Shown here piece after piece: positions 50,286 through 61,053 of a stretch of DNA of 64,000 bases (positions are counted from its first letter, which is position 1; each line of letters starts with the position of its first letter). The translations under genes and the position numbers were made by a program. The notes beneath the pieces were generated by a model that saw only the letters and a list, made by a program, of their open reading frames with translations, was not told the origin of the DNA and made no database searches. The DNA lies in the NCBI GenBank assembly GCA_950097015.1, contig CATNEN010000034.1:4588001-4652000 (forward strand), written 5' to 3'. Origin of the DNA: Macrostomum hystrix. Taxonomy: Eukaryota; Animalia; Platyhelminthes.

Positions 50286-53272
50286 TCCCTGATCCCACCA
50301 CTCCATGAACCCGACACTCCCTGATCCCACCACTCCCTGATCCCACCACTCCCTGATCCCACCACTCCATGAACCCGACACTCCCTGATCCCACCACTCC
50401 ATGAACCCGACACTCCCTGATCCCACAACTCCCTGATCCCACCACTCCCTGATCCCACCACTCCCTGATCCCACCACTCCATGAACCCGACACTCCCTGA
50501 TCCCACCACTCCATGAACCCGACACTCCCTGATCCCACCACTCCCTGATCCCACCACTCCCTGATCCCACCACTCCATGAACCCACCACTCCCTGATCCC
50601 ATCACTCCCTGATCCCACCACTCCCTGATCCCACCACTCCATGAACCCGGCACTCCCTGATCCCACCACTCCATGAACCCGACACTCCCTGATCCCACCA
50701 CTCCCTGATCCCACCACTCCCTGATCCCACCACTCCATGAACCCGACACTCCCTGATCCCACCACTCCATGAACCCGACACTCCCTGATCCCACCACTCC
50801 CTGATCCCACCACTCCCTGATCCCACCACTCCATGAACCCACCACTCCCTGATCCCACCACTCCCTGATCCCACCACTCCCTGATCCCACCACTCCCTGA
50901 TCCCATCACTCCCTGATCCCATCACTCCCTGATCCCACCACTCCCTGATCCCACCACTCCCTGATCCCACCACTCCATGAACCCGGCACTCCCTGATCCC
51001 ACCACTCCATGAACCCGACACTCCCTGATCCCACCACTCCCTGATCCCACCACTCCCTGATCCCACCACTCCATGAACCCGACACTCCCTGATCCCACCA
51101 CTCCATGAACCCGACACTCCCTGATCCCACCACTCCCTGATCCCACCACTCCCTGATCCCACCACTCCATGAACCCACCACTCCCTGATCCCACCACTCC
51201 CTGATCCCACCACTCCATGAACCCGACACTCCCTGATCCCACCACTCCATGAACCCGACACTCCCTGATCCCACCACTCCCTGATCCCACCACTCCCTGA
51301 TCCCACCACTCCATGAACCCACCACTCCCTGATCCCACCACTCCCTGATCCCACCACTCCCTGATCCCACCACTCCCTGATCCCATCACTCCCTGATCCC
51401 ATCACTCCCTGATCCCACCACTCCCTGATCCCACCACTCCATGAACCCGACACTCCCTGATCCCACCACTCCATGAACCCGACACTCCCTGATCCCACCA
51501 CTCCCTGATCCCACCACTCCGTTATCCCACCACTCCCTGATCCCACCACTCCCTGATCCCACCACTCCCTGAACCCACCACTCCCTGATCCCACCACTCC
51601 CTGATCCCACCACTCCCTGATCCCACCACTCCCTGATCCCACCACTCCCTGATCCCACCACTCATTGATCCCACCACTCCCTGAACCCACCACTCCCTGA
51701 TCTCACCACTCCCTGATCCCACCACTCCCGGATCCCACCACTCCGTTATCCCACCACTCCCTGATCCCACCACTCCCTGAACCCACCACTCCCTGAACCT
51801 ACCACTCCCTGAACCCACCACTCCCTGATCCCACCACTCCCTGAACCTACCACTCCCAGAACCCACCACTCCCTGAACCTACCACTCCCTGAACCCACCA
51901 CTCCCTGATCCCACCACTCCCTGATCCCACCACTCCCTGATCCCACCACTCCCTGATCCCACCACTCATTGATCCCACCACTCCCTGAACCCACCACTCC
52001 CTGATCCCACCACTCCCTGAACCCACCACTCCCTGATCCCACCACTCCCTGATCCCACCACTCCCTGATCCCACCACTCCCTGATGCCACCACTCCCGGA
52101 TCCCACCACTCCCTGATCCCACCACTCCCTGATCCCACCACTCCCTGAACCTACCACTCCCTGAACCCACCACTCCCTGAACCCGACACTCCCTGATCCC
52201 ACCACTCCATGAACCCGAATCTCCCTGACCCCACCACTCCCTGAACCCACCACTCCCGGATCCCACCACTCCCTGACCCCACCACTCCCTGAACCCACCA
52301 CTCCCTGATCCCACCACTCCGTTATCCCACCACTCCCTGATCCCACCACTCCCTGATCCCACCACTCCCTGAACCCACCACTCCCTGATCCCACCACTCC
52401 CTGATCCCACCACTCCCTGATCCCACCACTCCCTGATCCCACCACTCCCTGATCCCACCACTCATTGATCCCACCACTCCCTGAACCCACCACTCCCTGA
52501 TCTCACCACTCCCTGATCCCACCACTCCCGGATCCCACCACTCCGTTATCCCACCACTCCCTGATCCCACCACTCCCTGAACCCACCACTCCCTGAACCT
52601 ACCACTCCCTGAACCCACCACTCCCTGATCCCACCACTCCCTGAACCTACCACTCCCAGAACCCACCACTCCCTGAACCTACCACTCCCTGAACCCACCA
52701 CTCCCTGATCCCACCACTCCCTGATCCCACCACTCCCTGATCCCACCACTCCCTGATCCCACCACTCATTGATCCCACCACTCCCTGAACCCACCACTCC
52801 CTGATCCCACCACTCCCTGAACCCACCACTCCCTGATCCCACCACTCCCTGATCCCACCACTCCCGGATCCCACCACTCCCTGATCCCACCACTCCCTGA
52901 TGCCACCACTCCCGGATCCCACCACTCCCTGATCCCACCACTCCCTGATCCCACCACTCCCTGAACCTACCACTCCCTGAACCCACCACTCCCTGAACCC
53001 ACCACTCCCTGAACCCGACACTCCCTGATCCCACCACTCCATGAACCCGAAACTCCCTGTTCCCACCACTCCATGAACCCGAATCTCCCTGACCCCACCA
53101 CTCCCTGAACCCACCACTCCCTGAACCCACCACTCCCGGATCCCACCACTCCCTGACCCCACCACTCCCTGAACCCACCACTCCCTGAACCCACCACTCC
53201 CTGAACCCACCACTCCCTGAACCCACCACTCCCTGAACCCACCACTCCCTGAACCCACCACTCCCTGAACCC
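50286..53272. repeat. Large C-rich minisatellite in PTBP intron 1, 16-bp unit CACTCCCTGA(T/A)CCCAC with variants, ~187 copies
   Basis: Direct reading; internal 480-bp and 800-bp duplications. Confidence 0.98.
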
Positions 53273-54140
53273 ATTAATTTATTTATTTACAGAAGAGCTG
53301 AAAGATAAACTTACAGTCAAGTATTCTGAATCAGCATAGAATTACTCATATAATAAAATAAATTTAACGACTAAAAAAGCCTTGTCAAAGTGTTTGCACT
53401 AACAAATGTTCTATAATTAACAATGAAAAGGACTGATTCTGGATTGGAAATTGTAAATGCTGCTAGAAAATGTAAGAGTAATAAAAATACTAAAAACCGG
53501 TGTGTGTGCCTAGCACAACTTTGCTGCCAAAACAAATTTCCGAATTATTGTTGCTTTGTGTGTGAGGTGGGACTTCCTGGCAGATTTGCCAAATCTTCGC
53601 TCTTTGGTTTACACTTGAAATTGTGCACACAGATATACCATTTTTAGTGTGTTCGAAGTTAATTTAACTAGGGCAGTCCGCGTAGTTGCCATAGATTAAG
53701 GTTCATGCTTTGCAAAAATTATTTTGAAAATTACTAAGCTGGCATATAGCTAGCTTGACTTGTTAAAGTTGGAATCTGATTTTAAAGCTAGTTTTTTTCT
53801 CTACATATCGGATCTGATCTCCAGATTATCCAATGTCTCACCTCCTTACCTGCCTTTAATTAATCCGACGAATGAAGCCATTTTTCCATGTCTGTACGCT
53901 TGGAAAATAATCCAAAAGATAATCCTTTTTCCAAGGTGTCTTATTACGCACGTGAGATTATGTCGGTACATGCTGCTTCCTAGCTTAGGTCCGGTTCGGC
54001 AAACAACGGCCCGTTTGTGCTTCACCATGTTGGAAGCCAGTCTGTCCTCTTGGTCAATCTGTCTTACTTTAAGCCTGTACATAAATGCATCTTAGGTACT
54101 GTAAGTGTGTACCTGTGGTTCTTATTGTAAAACTGAACTA

Positions 54141-54437
54141 CATTCCTTACTGTAAGTCTATTATACATTCCTTACTGTAAGTCTGTATTGCATTCCTTAC
54201 TGTTAGTCTGTACTGAATTCCTTACTGTTAGTCTGTACTGCATTCCTTACTGTTAGTCTGTACTGCATTCCTTACTGTAGTCTGTACTGCATTCCTTACT
54301 GTAAGTCTGTACTGCATTCCTTACTGTAAGTCTGTACTGCATTCCTTACTGTAAGTCTGTACTGCATTCCTTACTGTAAGTCTGTACTGCATTCCTTACT
54401 GTTAGTCTGTACTGCATTCCTTACTGTAAGTCTGTAC
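54141..54437. repeat. Minisatellite, 25-bp unit CATTCCTTACTGTAAGTCTGTACTG, ~12 copies (intron 1)
   Basis: Direct reading. Confidence 0.97.
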
Positions 54438-55184
54438 CAGTCAGCTTATACCAGAATGTACCCTTATGAAAATACGCCCATAAAGTGTTGATGCCCTAGG
54501 AGCAGAGCGTCACCTTTCTTATTGAATTAAATAGAATTTCACACCAAAGCTGTCCAAAATTGACGGAAGCAGTTATCTCATCTAGAATATTTTCTCATTT
54601 AATTCTCTCCCTTTTTACAAATCTTTGGTGTGTCTGTGACGGTGAATAATAGATTATAAGGCTGAGTTAATTGAAGCCCAGCTGTAGTACACAATATTCT
54701 GCGGCAGTTGAAGAACAGATAGTTAGGCTGGTCTGAGATTCTTAGCTGCAGCACAGTAGCTGCAGAATTCACACCACCCTTTGCTAGTCGGGCACCCAGC
54801 CATAGGCTGCTGCGATGTAAGGGTCGGTTGCTGTGCAAACACCTTTACTATACTAGAATGACTAGAATAAAACACACACACCCCACACACACACGCAGAC
54901 TACAAATTTAAACGGAACAATAAGACCGTAAACGATCCACCAAGCATGCATGAAGTTTAAAATAGAGAAAGAAGATAGAAAAAATACCTTGACTAAAAGG
55001 AGAACCAAGTGAAAGGGTGTACAGCCTAGAGGCGCCTGTGCGATCTTGATTAGCGAAACCAGTCCGGGTGGCAGACTTTGGAAGGCTTAGGACTTTATAA
55101 ACTGTCTGTGACAGATTGATTTAGATAATGTATGCGACAGAGTTGTATCAGCACCAGCTGCCACCGCACCTGACTTTGTTGCAG

Positions 55185-55280
55185 CGAGGACCAGACGATA
55201 TGCACAGCTTGGCGCTAAACGGACATCAAGGTGGCCTGGGCGGTCCCATGGAACACCTGGAGATTAACGACGCCAAGAAG
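55185..55280 (+). CDS. PTBP1: PTBP coding exon 2 (RGPDDMHSLALNGHQGGLGGPMEHLEINDAKK; bipartite NLS region)
   Basis: Acceptor CTGACTTTGTTGCAG|CGAGGA, donor AAGAAG|GTAGGC, 96 nt, phase 0-0. RG.D...D.KK pattern as in PTBP1 RGSDE...DSKK. Confidence 0.9.
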
Positions 55281-55310
55281 GTAGGCCGCGCGAGTGACAG
55301 CAGCTTGCGG

Positions 55311-55758
55311 TCTGAATGACCCGAAATCTGAATGACTCGAAATCGAATGATCCGAAATCTGAATGACCCAAAACCTGAATGACCCGAAATCGGAATGATC
55401 CAAAATCTGAATGACCCAAAACCTGAATGACCCGAAATCGGAATGATACAAAATCTGAAATATCCGAAATCTGAAATATCCTAAATCTGAAATATCCAAA
55501 ATCGGAATGATCCAAAATCTGAATGATCCGAAATCTGAAATATCCGAAATCTGAATGACCCGAATTCTGAATGATCCGAAATCTGAATGACCCGAAATCT
55601 GAATGACCCGAAATCTGAATGACCCGAAATCTGAATGGCTCGAAATCGGAATGACCCGAAATCTGAATGACACAAAACCTGAATGACCCGAATTCAAATG
55701 ACCCAAAACCTGAATGACCCGAAATCTGAATGACCCAAAACCTGAATGACCCGAAATC
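55311..55758. repeat. Minisatellite, ~16-bp unit TCTGAATGACCCGAAA, ~28 copies, filling PTBP intron 2
   Basis: Direct reading. Confidence 0.97.
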
Positions 55759-55777
55759 TAAACTCTAAACTTCTCAG

Positions 55778-55930
55778 GTGCGCCTCGAAAATCACGTTCC
55801 TGAGCCGTCGCCCTCCAAGGTGGTGCACATCCGCAATGTGCCGCAGGACGCCATCGAGAATGACATTGTCCAGCTAGGAGTGCCCTTCGGCATCATGACC
55901 AACATGGTACTGGCGAAAAAGAAGAACCAA
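55778..55930 (+). CDS. PTBP1: PTBP coding exon 3 (first half of RRM1: PSKVVHIRNVP...PFGIMTNMVLAKKKNQ)
   Basis: Acceptor TTCTCAG|GTG, donor AACCAA|GTAAGT, 153 nt. Aligns by eye to PTBP1 PSRVIHIRKLP...PFGKVTNLLMLKGKNQ. Confidence 0.97.
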
Positions 55931-58745
55931 GTAAGTCATTTTCTAAAGCACAAATTTAGCTGTCAATTAATTTCTACTACCATTAGTTACACAAGTCAAT
56001 TTGTTAATGATTGCGGTGCAATCCCTGTCACAACTGCTCCCCAATGGAACAACAGAATTCTTCGTTCCAACAGGTGTGAGTTCACCTGTCCCACTTGGCC
56101 TGAAAGCCGGCCCCACCCCAACAGTGCCAGGAAGCATTTTAGGCACGTACGATTGACACGGGACCACCGCTAACCACTTTAGCCACTCAGTTTCTCTCAG
56201 CTAGTAGCAGAGCAGCTCTCTAAGTGCCAGCCCTGCCCTTAAACCTACTCAACTCGCCCTACTCTACTCATACATGCATCCACCGCACAACCACACGCAC
56301 GCGGCCACCAGCGCACGCCATAATTTATTTCTGCTTAAACGTCTCATTGTTTGAACAGCTTTGCCGGACAGAATTGAACAGTTGGTTTTTACTGGCAATT
56401 GTCATTTAAATGTGAACAATTTTCCCCATAACCGTGGATATTTTCAATGCTTTTACTCAGATCAACTGGAATAAAGAATACAAAGTAATCTGTGTAGTTA
56501 TAAAATTAGTCGAATATTAAAAGGTCGAATTTCTATAAACAGTTTGACTTTCGAACACAATGGCATGAAACTAATTCCGCTTAGTCACGCTAGCGAGCAG
56601 ACACGCGAAATGCGGATGTAGCGAGGCGACCTGCAGCATCGGACCAAAGCGCCGTCTGATAGGGGAATAAACAGATGTGCAAGATCAAATCGTTTCCTGG
56701 CAGTTGTCATTAAATTAATTGCCGCTGCACAGTAGAGCTCCCGCTTCCCCTCTATCCCCTGTCCAGCCCCAGCAGTGAGCAACTTTTGAGCAAGAATCTG
56801 AAAATTGAGCATGTATGAAAGCGATTGAGCTTCTGCGGAGTATAGCAGCTGGTCCATTCACAACCAGAAAAACAACGAGCTCCCATTTTGTAATTTTCCT
56901 CTGCAAAGCACCGTGTATTTGTGGTCGTGAGTTCGTCCGCTCATTTTTGCATCAATAGCACCTAAAGGCTATTGGTGGAACAGATCGGTCACTGACTACC
57001 TATTTTAGGTATTTCTTTTTGAAAGCCTGTCTTTCCATCTTTCTCCAGTTCCTAATGCTAACTCACATGTTTGTTATCGATACATGACACCTCTCTCGGA
57101 TCTGGGATCAGTAAGTGTGGGCTTACAACACATTCTAATGGACATCTAAGAGGAAAAAATGTCTCAACCTCACTCTAATCCCTACGCAGCGTAGATGCTG
57201 CCACAATGACCCCATCAGCACCGATCAGCGCAGTCGAAGTCTTCTCGCTACAATTTTTTCGACGACTGATGAGCCAAAGATGAAGAAGATGATTTCAACG
57301 ATCAATTTCAGGCTCCGGGTAGATAAAAGGCATGGCCCAGACTGCCTCGCTGCCGCATGACAGGCGGAGACTAAAAGGTAGAGGAGACAGCCACGCACAG
57401 GCAGGTTTGAGTATGGCAGAAAGAATTGATCAGAAGCGCATTGATCAGAACTCTGTCCCAACTAGTGAGTGAAGGGTGGGGTCCAACTAATAATGCAAAG
57501 GCAAGACTGGGATAGTATAGACACACAGCAACGGCCTACTGGGTTTTATCCGCTCACCTGACGACCCGCCCTGACAGAAAGGACTGCCAAGCCTTCCACC
57601 CCCTACGACCCCCCCCCTACCCGATAAAAAAGCAGCAGCGAAGCCTCCCTTAACGAGAGTGAAAGAGAAAATAAGATAGGGAGGCCAGCAGAAGCGGGTG
57701 GCTCGCCTTGTGTTTGCTCGTTGGCCGGCCGTACCTCGCTTGCCAGACCCCGCAAACCTGCAATGAAAGTGTTGTTTGCTCAAGCCTTAGCTCAAGCCTA
57801 CTCTTCATTTCGCATGCTCGCTAGCCTTCCCCACCTGGTGTGTTACGGGGCAGCATAATTACTACAGACATATGCAGCAGTACTGCAGTACGCACTGAAT
57901 GTGGGGATCTCGCGAAGTATAAAGACAAAGCTAAGCCAGCCTCTTTATCCCATTGTTACGCCAGTATTGATGAATGGGAACAATGCTTTACCAAAGTGAG
58001 AAACTGTCTGAGCAGGGAGGGGACTAATGCTTCAGTCCGCACCCGATGCAGAAAATGTTTCTCCCACTGTTTGTTGAGAACAGGAAGAAAAAAATCGAAC
58101 CCAACGCCGCCACTTCCTCTTCTTCGCAATCGGCCCCACCCCAACTCCGTGGCCAAACATCCTGCTCAGAGCGACAGCATCAGACTCTGCCTGGCGGGTG
58201 CAACCAGACGACTAGACATTTTGGGAAGAGAAAGTGATGGAGGCAGAGTTTGTTAGACTGAGGAATGTTTAAACTCGTAAATGCGATTGGTCAGGAAGCT
58301 TCTTACGGAAACAAAACAACGAGCAGACACACACACACACACACTCACACACAACCCGGAGACTGAGCAAACAAAGCAGACTTGTCCCTGATGTGCTCTG
58401 CTCCGCTTTATTGTAAGCTACCGGCCGGAGAGTGTAAAATCAATTTTTTCTTAGAAACTAAGGAAACGCTATGAGGTTCTTCGTTTCCTAAAATAATGCC
58501 CTTTTCTAACGAGTATTCTACTTTGCTTAAACTTACATTTCCTACAATAGCTTTTTTCGTTGAAAATCCACCGTCAAAAAATAGCAGACATAATCCACTT
58601 CCATTAAACACTAGGACTTTTTCATGCCACTGCGAAATTTTGCTCATTGTAAATAAAGGCTCGGCAACCGCCGGGCAACCGAACAGATGAGGGCCGAAAG
58701 TATCGAATCCGACCCCGAGCCACTTCCAGCACCTACTCTACTCAT

Positions 58746-59320
58746 TCTCATCTCTCCCCTGTCTCATCTCTCCCCTGTCTCATCTCCCTCTGCCTCATCG
58801 CTCCCCTATCTCATCTCCCCCTATCTCATCTCCCCCTGTCTCATCTCTCCCCTGTCTCATCTCTCCCCTGTCTCATCTCTCCCCTGTCTCATCTCTCCCC
58901 TGTCTCATCTCTTCCCCTGTCTCATCTCTTCCCAGTCTCATCTCTCCCCTCTCTCATCTCTTCCCTCTCTCATCTCTCACCCTGTCTCATCTCTCCCCTC
59001 TCTCATCTCTCACCCTGTCTCATCTCTCCCCTGTCTCATCTCTTCTCTGTCTCATCTCCCCCTTTCTCATCGCTCCCCTGTCTCATCTCCCCCTGTCTCA
59101 TCGCTCCCCTGTCTCATCTCTCCCCTGTCTCATCTCCCCCTGTCTCATCGCTCCCTTGTCTCATCTCCCCCTGTCTCATCTCTCTCCTGTCTCATCTCTC
59201 TCCTGTCTCATCTCTCCCCTGTCTCATCTTTCTCATTTCTCATCTCTCTCCTGTCTCATCTCTCCCCCTATCTCATCTCTCCCTTCTCTGATCTCTCCCC
59301 TGTCTCATCTCTCCCCTGTC
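58746..59320 (+). repeat. Pyrimidine-rich minisatellite, ~16-bp unit TGTCTCATCTCTCCCC (intron 3)
   Basis: Direct reading. Confidence 0.97.
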
Positions 59321-59449
59321 TTATCACAATCCTTTGTCTTTTAGATAGTATCTTTACCCCACCAGGTATATAAGGCTGCCGACACCAGCTACAAATGTAA
59401 TAAAAAAGTTTTGATTTGTTTGAGTAGACTCTTAACTTCCTGATTTCAG

Positions 59450-59584
59450 GCGCTGCTGGAGATGAAGACACAGGAATCGGCATCGAAGATGGTTGAGTAC
59501 TATGGCCAACACCCGGTGACCATCCGAGGCCGCACTATTATCATTCAGTTCTCGAACCACGCCGAGCTCAAGACGGAGCAGCCG
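59450..59584 (+). CDS. PTBP1: PTBP coding exon 4 (second half of RRM1: ALLEMKTQESASKMVEYY...IQFSNHAELKTEQP)
   Basis: Acceptor GATTTCAG|GCG, donor CAGCCG|GTTAGT, 135 nt. Matches PTBP1 AFIEM...MVNYY...IQFSNHKELKT. Confidence 0.97.
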
Positions 59585-59878
59585 GTTAGTAATGCTAATA
59601 TTCTAGAAACTGCTTTCACGTGTTTGAAATTCCACTTCGTTGTAAATTGAAAACATTGGTCACTTTCAGAAGCTAGCAGGAAGGTCATTCTGGGGAACTC
59701 TGGGATGCTTTTCGCCTGTTTGATAGTGACAAGAAATGTTTTCCTAAAATGCGAAATTTAGAATTGAAACCAATTGAGTCGCTTCGCAAAATTGTCCTGA
59801 ATTCTCAGTTTGATAGATCTGTATTACGAATTTAGGATTTTCTATCCAGTGTGTAGTTTGAGTGAAAGGACTATTCTA

Positions 59879-60240
59879 AATATTATAATATTAACTTCAG
59901 GAGGGCTGCGGGCAATGGCACATCATTTGGTGACACGCAGCCCCACAGCCGGCGAGGAGGCAATTCTGCCCATTTCGCTGACTCCTGAGCACACACGCGC
60001 ACAGTTACTGTACGCAGGCACACGCTCACACAGGAGTGTACATCTGCCCTGACTTTCACATCGTCAGGCAGTGTACACTTTCATTGTGTCTTGGAGGTTG
60101 GCCATCAAGTGCGTAAATTGCATGATAAGTACCAAGCCTTCTCTCCGCGGCTGCATCCCAATTGAATGTGGCCTCGCTGCGGAATCGAACTCAGGGACCT
60201 CGGTGCGAGAGACAAACCCGTTAACCGCTCAGCCACTGAC
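59879..60240 (-). mobile_element. tRNA-derived SINE copy F, full length, antisense in PTBP intron 4
   Basis: Best Pol III boxes of the family: A box TGGCTGAGCGG (60225-60235) and B box GAGTTCGATTCC (60181-60192) on the minus strand. Hairpin, 3' end and AT-rich tail present. Confidence 0.88.
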
Positions 60241-60532
60241 CCCCAAGGACCAAGCTTAGGGGCCTAATCTGTAATTGTATTAATGCGAAACAGAACAGCT
60301 GTGAGGTCATAACAATTGCCGGAATGAACAGCAGCCGTAAAAAGCTAACCGACTCTGCCTCGAGAAGGTGATCAGTTTAAAAAAATTTACAAATTTTGAC
60401 TGAACACATTGCCGTGCAATGACGGAAGTGAATAAAATGGGCATTATAAAGTAAATTTTACTTTGTGTTTTATGTCTGGCTTTTTGTCCATTGAAAAGCT
60501 ATTTAATAGACTTTTTATAATTAAATCCACAG

Positions 60533-60667
60533 AATGCCGCTGCGGAAAATGCACTCAGCTCTGCCAATGGTCTTGTCACAGCTTATCAGCAAGACGAGCC
60601 TCCGTCTGTTCTACGCGTTATCGTAGAGAACCTCATGGCGCCCGTCACTATTGAAGTGCTGCATAAG
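60533..60667 (+). CDS. PTBP1: PTBP coding exon 5 (linker and start of RRM2: ...PSVLRVIVENLMAPVTIEVLHK)
   Basis: Acceptor TCCACAG|AAT, donor CATAAG|GTATGA, 135 nt, keeps frame. Matches PTBP1 [22 protein letters not shown]. The 5' boundary is less certain than the 3' boundary. Confidence 0.92.
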
Positions 60668-61053
60668 GTATGATGAACCCATTTGCAAAGCCCCAGAATT
60701 ATAGACCAAGACATTAAGACTTTATGATAATTGGTCGAGAGCCCTTTGTTCAAACATTTAACGTAGATAACCTCAATTTCGGACTACAATTGAAGCTACA
60801 ATTTAAGCGCCGTTGCAATGCAGCACGTAGAGAGCCCCGTCTCAGCTGGAGGTCCGTTTTTAGTTAAGAATATCTTCAAAACGATCGCGGTGCAAAAATT
60901 TGCTATCGAGCTTCAACGAGTATAATACTTTTTTTAAGTGTATATTTAAGAAGCCTTTAATTCACAATAAAACAAAAACAAAAATAACATGAAATCCGAC
61001 CCTTCCAACACCTACAACACTCGTTCTCATATTTCCTTTTTCTCAACATTCCC

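Noticed and set aside
50218-53274. Many Trp/Gly-rich minus-strand ORFs
   Set aside because: Translations of the 16-bp intronic array, antisense to PTBP.
55128-55184. In-frame ATG upstream of exon 2 (MYATELYQHQLPPHLTLLQ)
   Set aside because: A branch-like CTGAC and TTGTTGCAG acceptor fall exactly at the conserved K|RG junction, so this stretch is better read as intron. An alternative start cannot be excluded without RNA data.
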